NCBI GenBank assembly: GCA_014728035.1
Contig: WJMJ01000131.1
Coordinates: 1 to 64,000, forward strand
Length of the DNA: 64,000 nt
DNA from: Promethearchaeota archaeon
Lineage (GTDB): Archaea > Asgardarchaeota > Thorarchaeia > Thorarchaeales > Thorarchaeaceae
Direction: 5' to 3'
Of the stretch, positions 7,283-17,231 are shown piece after piece. Numbering within the stretch: the first letter of the stretch is position 1; every line of letters starts with the position of its first letter. The position numbers and the translations under genes are program-made. The notes beneath the pieces were generated by a model, which was given only the letters and a program-made list of their open reading frames with translations, searched no databases and was not told where the DNA came from.

Positions 7283-7702
7283 TTAGTCCAGTTTGGGCAT
7301 AAAAACTTCGTTTGGTTGTAAGACTTTGATGGTCTTGACAGGGAGATTGGATTCAATCTTAGGAACAATTTCGGATTCAACCCAAGATTTTACCTTTTCT
7401 CGAGCCGCCTCAATGGTTTCTGCTTCCGCATTTCTATCAAAACGAATGAAGAGGTTGTAAGGTTCTCTTTCGGTGACTTCTTTCTTAATCATAGCCCAAA
7501 ACGCTTTAGATCCAGCTGGAACATCAATGCGTCCTAGAATTTCGGACCATTGTTTTCCTTCAAGACGTTTAGAAACAATAGCTAAATCCTTCAATTCGGA
7601 CATTTCAGAAAGAGCATCTAACACCTTCTGTCCTGATGCCTTTGTGTCTTTAATATCTTTGAACTCTGCGATGAGATAGTGATCTGCCCTAAAAATGGCC
7701 AT
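7283..7702 (-). CDS. Hypothetical protein
   Basis: Clean ORF (open to 7744) with protein-like composition, filling the gap between neighbours. Confidence 0.65.
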   Translation of the reverse strand: MAIFRADHYLIAEFKDIKDTKASGQKVLDALSEMSELKDLAIVSKRLEGKQWSEILGRIDVPAGSKAFWAMIKKEVTEREPYNLFIRFDRNAEAETIEAAREKVKSWVESEIVPKIESNLPVKTIKVLQPNEVFMPKLD

Positions 7703-7766
7703 AATTAGATAGTCTCCAATGAGTATTTGAGTGCCGCGAGCCATATTTGACTCTTAAATATAATGG

Positions 7767-8372
7767 TTACTCCGTATTTGGTTCTAGCAATTCTTGTTGA
7801 TAGTGATAATACCGATAAGCTGCAGTAAAAACCCCCATAATTGTTACAAGTACTAGACCCCATAGCAAAAAGCCAACCAGTGAAAAAATCACAAGTGTGA
7901 GAAGTCGTTCTGACCTTCCACCAAGACCAACATCTAAATCCCGTACTCCGACAGATTCAGCTCGCGACCGTGTATAACTGGTAAGAAGCCACCCAAATAA
8001 ACAGAGAAAGCTCCAAGCTGGAACAGATAGGGACAGAATTGTTTCGGAAGAATAGGTTAACAGAATAGCAAACAAAATTAGCATCTCAGCTACCTTATCT
8101 ACCACAGAATCGATAAATCCTCCAGAGTGCGATTTTCTTGAACCCAATCGAGCAACAGCCCCATCAACACCATCGAATAGGCCAACCAAAAAAACAAGAA
8201 ATGCGAATAATGGTTGCCAGTAGGTTACTTGCAGGGTGAGAAAAGCAATAAGTGAAAGAAGGAGGGTGAAATAAGTAACTGTGTTGGGATGTATATTTCG
8301 AGAAACAAGAGGTCTTGCAATAGCAATTACCACGCTGCGAAATAATCCGCGAACTCGAAATTTACTTGGCAT
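7767..8372 (-). CDS. CDP-alcohol phosphatidyltransferase (archaetidylinositol-phosphate synthase-like)
   Basis: IHPNTVT, FDGVDGAVARL...GGFIDSVVD, LTSYTRSRAE and GLGGRSERL. Confidence 0.9.
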   Translation of the reverse strand: MPSKFRVRGLFRSVVIAIARPLVSRNIHPNTVTYFTLLLSLIAFLTLQVTYWQPLFAFLVFLVGLFDGVDGAVARLGSRKSHSGGFIDSVVDKVAEMLILFAILLTYSSETILSLSVPAWSFLCLFGWLLTSYTRSRAESVGVRDLDVGLGGRSERLLTLVIFSLVGFLLWGLVLVTIMGVFTAAYRYYHYQQELLEPNTE

Positions 8373-8376
8373 TATT

Positions 8377-9408
8377 CTAACCTCTGAGTATATGATTTTT
8401 ATGAACAACTGCATCTTGAATGTGACTATTAGCAGCTACTTCGGTATCACCAGTGGTTAGAACATTTCTAAGAACACTATTACGTTTCACCGAGGTTTTT
8501 GCCCCAAGACTGACATAAGGTCCAATCTTACATCCTTCTTCTATGATACAGTCTTTGTCCACACAGACAGGACCATGAAATGATACACCTTGATGCAATG
8601 CAATACCATTGTGGAGTTGCAAAGTATCACCAAGTTCCATAGTATCACCAATAGGAATCAAAATCGATGCGGTGCCTTGTATATGTGATTCGAGGAAATA
8701 TTTAGATCCTCTTAGAAGTGCTGAGTGTGTGTCAATATCAAAACACAAGCCATCTACAGGTGTGGATTTTACCTTGGCACCTTGAGAGATAAAATGATTG
8801 AGAGCTTGACTCACATGGGAGTATCCTTTCCTCAAAGCAGTAGTAAAAGAAGGGAATAAGTCACGTTTTAGTGATAGAAGCATCGCAGAAGATAGTGATT
8901 TCGAGGCGGATTCCACATCTTTGCCAATTCCCAGGATATAACCAGAATCATCAAGATGGATTTGAGGCTTATGTGTGGAGGATAAAACACCCAGAAGAGC
9001 ACTAGAAGACATCTCACTTGAAGCACATTCGAGAAAAGACCTGACAATATCAGAAGTAACTACTAAATCAGAAGGAACTACTAGAACTCTGTGCTCTTTG
9101 GTTTTGCCCAATGAAGAAACCAGTGTTTGAAGTGGTCCATTTCTATAGTTAGAAACCTCAATAAATTCTACTTTTTCGGAGATTTTCAATTCAGTAACTG
9201 CTTCTTGTATCTGTTTTCCTTTGTATCCAAGACCTACAGTAATTTTGTTAACGCCAGCATTCAAACAGGAGGTGATAAGCTGCTCAATCAGAGAAATGCC
9301 ACATATCCGAATCAATGGCTTAGGGATGTTTTCCGTGATTGGATTCAATCTCTTTCCTCGTCCAGCAGCCAAGATAATTGCACGAATCGTAAGAACCTCC
9401 GAAAGCAA
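8377..9408 (-). CDS. Sugar-phosphate nucleotidyltransferase with C-terminal left-handed beta-helix
   Basis: AIILAAGRGKRLNPITENIPKPLI, FDIDT and hexapeptide repeats (GPVCVDKDCIIEEGCKIGPYVSLG). Confidence 0.85.
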   Translation of the reverse strand: MLSEVLTIRAIILAAGRGKRLNPITENIPKPLIRICGISLIEQLITSCLNAGVNKITVGLGYKGKQIQEAVTELKISEKVEFIEVSNYRNGPLQTLVSSLGKTKEHRVLVVPSDLVVTSDIVRSFLECASSEMSSSALLGVLSSTHKPQIHLDDSGYILGIGKDVESASKSLSSAMLLSLKRDLFPSFTTALRKGYSHVSQALNHFISQGAKVKSTPVDGLCFDIDTHSALLRGSKYFLESHIQGTASILIPIGDTMELGDTLQLHNGIALHQGVSFHGPVCVDKDCIIEEGCKIGPYVSLGAKTSVKRNSVLRNVLTTGDTEVAANSHIQDAVVHKNHILRG

Positions 9409-9440
9409 GATAATGTGCCTTTGATGTAACCTTCATATGT

Positions 9441-10154
9441 ATGTTTGTTCATTCAAAAGTTGTGATTCCTGTGACAGCTGAAATCATTGTAGCAACTGAG
9501 GAAAACTATGATGATGCCATAGAAAAAGGGGTAGAAGTACTTCAAAATGGTGGAATTGTGGTCTATCCCACTGATACGAGCTATGGAATAGCCTGTGATC
9601 CCCGAAATGAAGATGCAATTTCAAGATTACTTGCAATAAAACAAAGAGATGCAGGAATGGGAGTGCCATTACTTTTTTCGGATCTCGATCAATGTGAGAA
9701 ATATGCAGATATGGGTAGCCTCGAAAAAGTTCTTGCAAGACTGTTTTGGCCAGGTATGCTCACAATGGTAGTAACTCCAATAGATAGTCTTCCATCGCAT
9801 ATCACTGGAAACAGAACATCTCTAGCAATCCGCATTCCGAATCATCCAGTTCCAAGAGGATTAGCAAAAGGGTTGGGAGCCCCAATAGTTGGAACGAGTG
9901 CAAACAGGACAGGTGGACCAAGTCCGTTCATAGTTGATACAGCTCGAGAGCAATTAGGAGATGAGGTTGACCTCTATATTGATTGTGGACCTTCTGAATC
10001 AGAGAAAAACTCGACCATTATTGGTGTTGAGGACGGAAGTATCAAAGTATATCGAGAAGGACAACTAAGCATAAGTGAAATGTCTGAATCATTAAAGGTA
10101 GATTCTGATGCCTTGAAACTCTGGACTACAAGAATTGTCTATGCAGATATGTGA
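9441..10154 (+). CDS. sua5: L-threonylcarbamoyladenylate synthase (YrdC/TsaC/Sua5 family)
   Basis: GGIVVYPTDTSYGI, IKQR, FWPGMLT, AIRIPNHP, GTSANRTG and STII. Confidence 0.93.
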   Translation: MFVHSKVVIPVTAEIIVATEENYDDAIEKGVEVLQNGGIVVYPTDTSYGIACDPRNEDAISRLLAIKQRDAGMGVPLLFSDLDQCEKYADMGSLEKVLARLFWPGMLTMVVTPIDSLPSHITGNRTSLAIRIPNHPVPRGLAKGLGAPIVGTSANRTGGPSPFIVDTAREQLGDEVDLYIDCGPSESEKNSTIIGVEDGSIKVYREGQLSISEMSESLKVDSDALKLWTTRIVYADM

Positions 10155-10698
10155 GGAGAATAGACTGAGAAAATATAACCTCCTAATTGGATGCCCTCGT
10201 GAACGAGAGAGAGCAGCACGGTCAGAGATGAGATACTTTGTTGGTGATTTGATAGGTGACGAAGATCTAAGGATTTCGAGAACTCATGTTTCTGGACTGC
10301 TTGCTGCTAGAACCTCATTAGATCCTATTGAAGTAGTACATCAATTGAAAGAATTTGCAGAAGAAAATCCCTACCAATTTCGATTTGCTATCAGAATCAC
10401 CCCTCTTGAGTTATGTGTCGAAGCAGATATAGATGAAATAACAAAGGCTGCTGAATCATTACTCCATAAAATCGAGAAAGATGAATCGTATCGTGTTACG
10501 GTTAGACGGAGACATACCGACCTTGAGCATATGGATATTGTGAGTGCCATCGCAACAAAAGTCGATAGAGAAGTAAATTTGGACCACGCGGATAAATACG
10601 TGTGGGTCGAAGTGGTCGGAGAATGGGCAGGAGTTTCAGTACTAGTAGAAGACGAGGACATTCTATCGATAATGACAATGAGAGATGACCAATACTAG
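10135..10698 (+). CDS. THUMP-domain RNA-binding protein
   Basis: ESYRVTVRRRHT...IVSAIA...VNLDHADKYVWVEVVGEWAGVSV. Confidence 0.88.
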   Translation: MSMQICEENRLRKYNLLIGCPRERERAARSEMRYFVGDLIGDEDLRISRTHVSGLLAARTSLDPIEVVHQLKEFAEENPYQFRFAIRITPLELCVEADIDEITKAAESLLHKIEKDESYRVTVRRRHTDLEHMDIVSAIATKVDREVNLDHADKYVWVEVVGEWAGVSVLVEDEDILSIMTMRDDQY

Positions 10699-10703
10699 AT
10701 ATT

Positions 10704-11282
10704 TCACGAGTCAACAGCAACCAAAGAAACTCTACTCGCAACACACTTCGAAAGAGCTATCCAACGAGATTCGATATCAGATTTTGATGTTAATGCAGTA
10801 ATCTCTAGCACCGATATATCAAAATGCTCCATAATAGAATCCATTCGTTCTTTTGACGAAGCAAAAGGAGGAAAAACAAAAGGCCCGATTTGTTCTTCAA
10901 ATCGATCCAAAAAGGTTTGTATCTCCTTCTTTTCAGTTCCAATTAGTACCAACGCGACAGTATCTAATCTATCCTTTAGTCCGAATTGATCTAAAGCAAC
11001 AGAAATCTGCCGCTGGGCTGAACTATAGAGTATTATTTCCACATCCAGGCTCCGAGATATTGCATATTGACCAAGCCATGCATTCAAAGCATTTTGAGCT
11101 GCAGAAACTAAATGAAGGGTGCCAGCAATCAGAGAGGAATTAAGAAATTGTACCGCCATAATATTGTCAGGATTTTTTTGAGCGAGTTTCAATATTTCCT
11201 TCATTGAAAGATTATGCTCGTTTCTGATTTCAGCAATCCCAACAAAAAACGATTCAGTTGGATGATATAGAGATTCAATCAT
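10704..11282 (-). CDS. cgi121: KEOPS complex subunit Cgi121
   Basis: VQFLNSSLIAGTLHLVSAAQNA...ISRSLDVEIILYSSAQRQISVAL..FG. Confidence 0.88.
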   Translation of the reverse strand: MIESLYHPTESFFVGIAEIRNEHNLSMKEILKLAQKNPDNIMAVQFLNSSLIAGTLHLVSAAQNALNAWLGQYAISRSLDVEIILYSSAQRQISVALDQFGLKDRLDTVALVLIGTEKKEIQTFLDRFEEQIGPFVFPPFASSKERMDSIMEHFDISVLEITALTSKSDIESRWIALSKCVASRVSLVAVDS

Positions 11283-11297
11283 TGTGCCTATCTCGCA

Positions 11298-11879
11298 TCA
11301 GAGTCGTTTCATGAAATAATCCGCTACAGTTGGATCAAAGCCAACTTCAAAGACCAACTTATCTCGAATCTGTTTCATATCAAGAGAGGGGTCTTCATTC
11401 TTGAATATCTTAACCAAAGAGATAATTGACTCTCTGTTTTCCCACGGATAAACGGTCCAAGAGTCAACCACTTGGCAATAGAAATCAGGGGTTATCTTAG
11501 AGGTCGGTTTCAGGTGTAATACTGCGGTTTTGACTTTTCCGACACCTTGATCTTTGATGTATTTAACAGCATGTTCCAAACTATCACCAGTATCAGCTAC
11601 TTCATCTACTATAAGGACACTCTTGTCTTTTATCGATACAGAGATTGGTTGTGTGATCTTTGGTTCTTTTCCACGACGGCCCAAGTCACTATAGTACTCG
11701 ATACGAACATTCCACATTGTGCTGGTATATAGCACATCCGAAAGAATTCGAGCAGGAATCCAGCCACCACGAGCAATTCCAACAATCACATTTGGCTTAA
11801 ATCCACTGTTGACAACCTGTTCTGATAGTCTTAATGTGAGATTATAAACGTCCTCCCAGCTGATAATTAGATATTCCAT
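11298..11879 (-). CDS. Purine phosphoribosyltransferase (HGPRT/XPRT-like)
   Basis: IVGIARGGWIPARILSD, VLIVDEVADTGDSL and WTVYPWE. Confidence 0.92.
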   Translation of the reverse strand: MEYLIISWEDVYNLTLRLSEQVVNSGFKPNVIVGIARGGWIPARILSDVLYTSTMWNVRIEYYSDLGRRGKEPKITQPISVSIKDKSVLIVDEVADTGDSLEHAVKYIKDQGVGKVKTAVLHLKPTSKITPDFYCQVVDSWTVYPWENRESIISLVKIFKNEDPSLDMKQIRDKLVFEVGFDPTVADYFMKRL

Positions 11880-11989
11880 ATGACTCAGTTCCTATGATTG
11901 CCTGTTATTCGAAAATGTGGTTTCCTTAATTAAGAATACTACGAAGCGTAATGTAAAAGAAGAGGCGCTGTTCTATCGGATTGTGTATA

Positions 11990-13258
11990 ATGATGAAACC
12001 CGACTTGCTGCTTACCAATATTGGCCAATTAGCCACACTTGAGGGCCATTCTGAGAAGCCAAAAATTAAGGACGAGCTGAAAGAGCTATCAATCATTACG
12101 GATGGAGCAATCGCAATAAAGGACGGAAAAATCATTGCAGTTGGTACTACCAAAGAAATTACATCTGAAATATCAGAGGAACCAGCTCTTCCAGCGATAG
12201 AATTCCCTAATATGTTGGCATTGCCAGGATTTATTGATAGCCACACACACCTTGTTTTCGGAGGATCTCGCGAAAAAGACTTTGCAATGAAGCTTGATGG
12301 AAAATCGTACATGGAAATATTGGAAGCGGGAGGGGGCATTCTCAACACACTTAGGGCAACAAGAGAAGCTACGAAAGAAGAACTTTGTAGTAATGCATTT
12401 TCTTATGCGGAAAGCATGTTAGCACAGGGTACAACCACAATTGAAGCAAAGAGCGGCTATGGACTCAATGTAAATGATGAAGTCAAAATGCTTCAAGCTC
12501 TTCAGGAATTGCATGAAAAAATTCCAAATTCAATTGTTTCCACATTTCTAGGAGCTCATGCAATACCACCCGAGTACAAAGGGCGAACAGATGAATACGT
12601 TGATCTTGTTGTTAATCAGATGATTCCCGCAATTACAGACAAATCATTAGCAGAGTTTTGTGATGTGTTTTGTGAAGAGGGGGTATTTGATGTAGAACAG
12701 TCACGAAGAATACTAGAAGCAGCTAAAACGCATGACATGAAAATCAAAGTCCATGCAGACGAGATAGTTCAACTAGGTGGAGCTGAACTTGCAGCAGAAA
12801 TTGGAGCTGTTTCAGCAGACCATCTTTTACAGGCATCTGATGACGGTTTAGAAGCGATGAGAAAGGCAGGTACTATTGCAACCCTTCTACCTGCAACAGC
12901 ATTCAGTCTTGATACAGAGTATGCAAATGCACGGAAAATGATTGAGATGGGTTTGCCAGTCGCATTGGCAACTGACTTTAACCCAAACTGTGCAAATGAG
13001 TCGATGTTCTTTACTATTGCATTAGCTTGCTACAAAATGAAGATGCATCCAAGAGAGGCAATATCAGCTTCTACGATAAATGCTGCACATGCAATAGACC
13101 GTGCTCAAGATTTGGGAAGCATCGAGTTAGGAAAAAGAGCAGATATCATCATTCTCGAGTGCCCCAACCCAGAATTTATAGCTTATAGGTTTGCAGTTAA
13201 TCAAGTTCACACAGTTATCGTCAATGGAGAAGTTGTACATACCAGATTAGGCCCATAA
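11990..13258 (+). CDS. hutI: Imidazolonepropionase
   Basis: PGFIDSHTHLVFGG, EAKSGYGL, TFLGAHA, KVHADEI, SADHL and ALATDFNP. Confidence 0.96.
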   Translation: MMKPDLLLTNIGQLATLEGHSEKPKIKDELKELSIITDGAIAIKDGKIIAVGTTKEITSEISEEPALPAIEFPNMLALPGFIDSHTHLVFGGSREKDFAMKLDGKSYMEILEAGGGILNTLRATREATKEELCSNAFSYAESMLAQGTTTIEAKSGYGLNVNDEVKMLQALQELHEKIPNSIVSTFLGAHAIPPEYKGRTDEYVDLVVNQMIPAITDKSLAEFCDVFCEEGVFDVEQSRRILEAAKTHDMKIKVHADEIVQLGGAELAAEIGAVSADHLLQASDDGLEAMRKAGTIATLLPATAFSLDTEYANARKMIEMGLPVALATDFNPNCANESMFFTIALACYKMKMHPREAISASTINAAHAIDRAQDLGSIELGKRADIIILECPNPEFIAYRFAVNQVHTVIVNGEVVHTRLGP

Positions 13259-13699
13259 TTAGTTATCTGTTCCTTTTTGGAACTCACGGAAGCGCTCAAG
13301 CCATTTTGGGTCTTCCGTGCTTTTGACCCATTCCACGAATTGTGTTAATTTTTCGATAGTTTCAGAGGTAGCTATATGTTCGAATTCACACGCGTCAGCA
13401 TCAGCCACATCTGGGGTGACACCAATTAGGGTGAAAAACCATCTCAATATTTTATGAGTTCTATCTAATCGCGCAGCTATTTTTCTTCCTTTTTCAGTAA
13501 GATGTACTGCTTTGTATGGTTCGTATAGTATTAGTTCACTATCACTTAATCTCTTCAATACATGTGTGACACTTGGAGCTCTCACTCCTTTACTTTCAGC
13601 TATTGCCGTAACACTGGCTTCGCCATGGACATTTTCAAGCGCATATATAATCTCAAGGTATTCTTCCATGGCCCTAGTCAATTCTCTCAAGTCACACAT
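13259..13699 (-). CDS. DtxR/MntR family metal-dependent regulator
   Basis: MEEYLEIIY, IAESKGVRAPSVT, HLTEKGR and DACEFEH. Confidence 0.92.
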   Translation of the reverse strand: MCDLRELTRAMEEYLEIIYALENVHGEASVTAIAESKGVRAPSVTHVLKRLSDSELILYEPYKAVHLTEKGRKIAARLDRTHKILRWFFTLIGVTPDVADADACEFEHIATSETIEKLTQFVEWVKSTEDPKWLERFREFQKGTDN

Positions 13700-13758
13700 C
13701 TCGATTGGTTTAACAATAGGTTGTTCTCAACGAATAAAGATAAGCCTTAGCGAGATTG

Positions 13759-15297
13759 CTACTTGAGGAGTTTTCCAGTAACCTCTTCAACTTCTGCAAT
13801 TATCGTGCCAGAATCCATAAGTTCACGAACTTCATGTATGTCTTTTGCAATTATCCGATCCTCTTCAAGCGGAGGAACTACATCACGGATAACACCAAGC
13901 GCAGACTCAAGTGCACTAGAGGGCTTCATGGGTTCCAGCAAGGTTATCCCTTGAGCTGCACAAAGATACTCAACAGCTATTACATTACGAACATTTTCCA
14001 AGATTTGCATTGCTTTTCGAGCAGCTATCGTGCCCATACTAACATGATCTTCTTGGTCAGCACTGGTTGGAATCGAATCTACACTAGCAGGATGGGCAAG
14101 TGTCTTATTCTCAGAAACTAGAGCAGCTGCAGTATACTGGGCAATCATTAATCCCGATTCCAATCCACCCTCAGTTGTTAAGAATGCGGGTAATCCACTG
14201 AGATCAGGATTCACCAATCGATTCACTCTTCGTTCTGCTATATTTGCCACCTCAGAAAGAGCAATACCAAGAAAGTCCATCACGAGAGCGACGGGTTGTC
14301 CATGAAAGTTCCCACCAGATAAGACATCACCTTCCTTTGGAAAAACTAACGGGTTATCAGTCGCAGAGTTGAGTTCGACTTCAATCACACTTCTAACATA
14401 TCGCATGGAATCAAGAGAAGCTCCCAGAACTTGAGGTATACATCTCAAGGAGTATGCATCCTGTACTTTTCCACATTCTGCATGTGACTGATTAATCTCA
14501 CTATCTTGGAGTATTGCTAGCATTGAACTTGCAACAGTCTTCTGCCCTTCATGGGGTCTTATGAGATGAATGCGCTCATCAAAAGCAGCTCTGGTCCCAC
14601 GTAAAGCCTCCAGACTCATAGATGCAGCAATCATGGCATCCTTTATGAGCTGAAGAGAATCATGAATAGTTAATGCGCCAACAGCGGTCATTGGTTGTGT
14701 ACCATTTATCAGCGCAACACCTTCCTTGGCACCTAGAGAGATGGGTTCTATCTCTGCACGTTCCATGGCATCTTTGCCAGCGAGCAATTCCCCATCATAA
14801 AACGCATCACCTTCACCCATAAGTACAAGCGCCATGTGAGCCAGAGGAGCGAGGTCTCCACTGGACCCAACAGAACCTTGTTGGGGAACAACAGGAACTA
14901 CAGACTCATTTAGCATATCAACCAAGGTGTCAACGACTTTTTCACGTACTCCAGAGAATCCTTTTGCTAATGCATTCGCACGCAAAAGCATCATACCACG
15001 TACAACATCGTGATTAAATAGTGGTCCAACCCCTGCAGCATGACTGCGAATCAGATTCACCTGCAGTTTCGCTAGGTCTTCTTTGCCAATACTAATAGAT
15101 GCAAGATCACCAAAACCAGTATTCACTCCATATACAGTTCTATTTTCTTGGAGTGCTTTTTCGATAATCTCACGACTTCGAGATATTTTCTCCCTGGTTT
15201 GTTGTGGAATACCTACTTTTTGTCTATGTCTTGCTACCTGAACTACATCTTCAATTGTCAGGGTTTCGCCATCAATCTCTACCGTCATGACATTCAT
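13759..15297 (-). CDS. hutH: Histidine ammonia-lyase
   Basis: VYGVNTGFG, LIRSHAAG, the MIO-forming GSVGSSGDLAPLAH, QDAYSLRC and GGNFHG. Confidence 0.97.
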   Translation of the reverse strand: MNVMTVEIDGETLTIEDVVQVARHRQKVGIPQQTREKISRSREIIEKALQENRTVYGVNTGFGDLASISIGKEDLAKLQVNLIRSHAAGVGPLFNHDVVRGMMLLRANALAKGFSGVREKVVDTLVDMLNESVVPVVPQQGSVGSSGDLAPLAHMALVLMGEGDAFYDGELLAGKDAMERAEIEPISLGAKEGVALINGTQPMTAVGALTIHDSLQLIKDAMIAASMSLEALRGTRAAFDERIHLIRPHEGQKTVASSMLAILQDSEINQSHAECGKVQDAYSLRCIPQVLGASLDSMRYVRSVIEVELNSATDNPLVFPKEGDVLSGGNFHGQPVALVMDFLGIALSEVANIAERRVNRLVNPDLSGLPAFLTTEGGLESGLMIAQYTAAALVSENKTLAHPASVDSIPTSADQEDHVSMGTIAARKAMQILENVRNVIAVEYLCAAQGITLLEPMKPSSALESALGVIRDVVPPLEEDRIIAKDIHEVRELMDSGTIIAEVEEVTGKLLK

Positions 15298-15391
15298 CTC
15301 ACTGGAAGATAAAGGAGAACAGAAATGTTTCCATGCAGAATCGACCGTAGAGGACTTTAGAAATTATCGGAAAGCGACATATAACAAAAAG

Positions 15392-15997
15392 TTACTTGCC
15401 TTCAAGTCTTGTGGCTGATACAAGATACGCCTTTGCACCACCAACATGTAAAGCGGATTCGAATAAGGTATCAGCGATATAATTTATTTTGAAATGTTTT
15501 CCAAATACCGTATCGATTTCTGCCTTTGATACACGTCTTGGTCCTGCGCGACTCTGTTCCTTTTCAGAAAAACAGAGAAGGTAATATCGCCCATTTTCTT
15601 TCAGAACGCGATGAATCTGACGAACATAGGTCCAACGGTCATCATCTGATAGAATATGAAATAGTCCTGAATCTATAATAGCATCAAAACTGTGTGCTGG
15701 GAAATATCTACTCAATCTAAGGACATCGCCCACTCGAAAACCAACAGACACTCCGATTTCTTTTGCATTTTCTCGTGCTAAGGATATTGCTTCTGGAGAA
15801 ATATCAACACCTATTGCATCAAATCCATTCTCCGCAAGGAAGATGGTATTTTGTCCAGTTCCACAACCAAGATCAAGAACCTTACCAGGACGCAATTCAT
15901 TGTTGAAGACAAGTTCAACAATTGCAAATTGTGGATGTCCTACGTCCCATGGTGGTTTTGAATCATATGCATCTGACCACGAGTTCATCAAGCTCAC
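15392..15997 (-). CDS. Class I SAM-dependent methyltransferase (TPMT-like)
   Basis: PPWDVG, VLDLGCGTG and FDAIIDSGLFH. Confidence 0.9.
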   Translation of the reverse strand: MSLMNSWSDAYDSKPPWDVGHPQFAIVELVFNNELRPGKVLDLGCGTGQNTIFLAENGFDAIGVDISPEAISLARENAKEIGVSVGFRVGDVLRLSRYFPAHSFDAIIDSGLFHILSDDDRWTYVRQIHRVLKENGRYYLLCFSEKEQSRAGPRRVSKAEIDTVFGKHFKINYIADTLFESALHVGGAKAYLVSATRLEGK

Positions 15998-16010
15998 CTA
16001 TATACCATAT

Positions 16011-16026
16011 ATTAACAATTGTTAAT
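16011..16026. promoter_or_regulatory. Perfect 16-bp palindrome in a divergent promoter region
   Basis: ATTAACAATTGTTAAT lies between the divergent methyltransferase and endonuclease V genes. Confidence 0.45.
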
Positions 16027-16087
16027 TAATCTTCAGGTTGTGCATGATTTAGCAAAGAATTTTTGGTAATTGGATTATTATTGGATT

Positions 16088-16747
16088 ATGCCACCGTACA
16101 CAGAAAAACAACTACAGGATCTAAAAAGAAATCAAGAAAGGCTTGCAAACCTAGTAATTATGGAAGATAGACCAGCCTTTAGAGGTGGTTCAGTCACTGG
16201 CATTGATGTGACATATTCAGAAGGTGTAGCAGCTGTTTGTGCGGTTACAATCAATAGCGATACAAGACAGACCACCAGAATAGAAAAACAGGTAGTCGAG
16301 GACAAGTCAGTATATATTCCGGGATTTTTCTATCTGAAAGAGGGGCCAATTATAAAGCGGATATTGGAGGATTTGGAAGAAACCGGACCAGTTCTTATTG
16401 ATGCAAATGGCGTATTGCATCCAAGAGGTCTTGGAATGGCTTCACAGATTGGAGTCGAATTGGATATTCAGACCATTGGAATTGCAAAGAAACTGCATAC
16501 TGGATCTATTTCTCAACGGATGGGAGATAATGCCCATGTAGTGGGAAATTCACAGGAGATTATAGGACAAGCGGTATGGTGTCCTAAGAAAAAAAGGCCC
16601 TATATTATTTCGATAGGACATAGGATATCTCTTAAGACCGCTGCTAAAGTAATGAGAAAGGTATCTAATGAATATGGTCCGATTCCGCTTAGATTAGCAG
16701 ACAGATATTCACGCGAAGTAATTGCAGAGATAAAGAGAGGAGAGTAA
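16088..16747 (+). CDS. nfi: Endonuclease V
   Basis: GIDVTY, YIPGFFYLKE, VLIDANGVLHPRGLGMAS, TIGIAKK, ISIGHRISL and PLRLAD. Confidence 0.93.
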   Translation: MPPYTEKQLQDLKRNQERLANLVIMEDRPAFRGGSVTGIDVTYSEGVAAVCAVTINSDTRQTTRIEKQVVEDKSVYIPGFFYLKEGPIIKRILEDLEETGPVLIDANGVLHPRGLGMASQIGVELDIQTIGIAKKLHTGSISQRMGDNAHVVGNSQEIIGQAVWCPKKKRPYIISIGHRISLKTAAKVMRKVSNEYGPIPLRLADRYSREVIAEIKRGE

Positions 16748-16748
16748 G

Positions 16749-17207
16749 ATGTCATCAGATTACGAAGCTATCAAAACAGAGATTCAAGGGATGGTGGATA
16801 GAGAAACCCGAGCTTGGGACACAAAAGATCTTGATTTGTTGATGACATTATGGCATGAGGATATGGTGTGGCCATGGCCTGAAGATGCCTATGCCCACGA
16901 CCCCATTAGGTGGAAGCTGGTACAGGGAAAGTTCGATTATGACCGATGGAAAAGTGGTTGGAAGAAACTCTTCGACACTCATCAGCTTATTCATAACAAG
17001 AGGATTACACAAAAGATTGAGGTTTCGCAAGAGGGAGATGGCGCATTTGCAGTTGTGGACATAGACACGCTCTGGGAGAGTAGAGACGGAAAACAACAAC
17101 ATTGGCATGGGAGAGTATGTAAAGTGTACACCAAAGTTGCGAAAGAATGGAAAATCATCATGCATACTGGTGCATTAGACTATACGTTATGTAAAAAGAA
17201 AGAATAG
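16749..17207 (+). CDS. SnoaL/NTF2-like (DUF4440) protein
   Basis: RAWDTKDLDLLMTLWHEDM ... GRVCKVYTKVAKEWKIIMH pattern. Confidence 0.8.
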   Translation: MSSDYEAIKTEIQGMVDRETRAWDTKDLDLLMTLWHEDMVWPWPEDAYAHDPIRWKLVQGKFDYDRWKSGWKKLFDTHQLIHNKRITQKIEVSQEGDGAFAVVDIDTLWESRDGKQQHWHGRVCKVYTKVAKEWKIIMHTGALDYTLCKKKE

Positions 17208-17224
17208 GCTCTGTGAAAAGAGCC
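17207..17224. terminator. Hairpin between convergent genes
   Basis: GGCTCT-GTGAAA-AGAGCC. Confidence 0.4.
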
Positions 17225-17231
17225 AATAATT

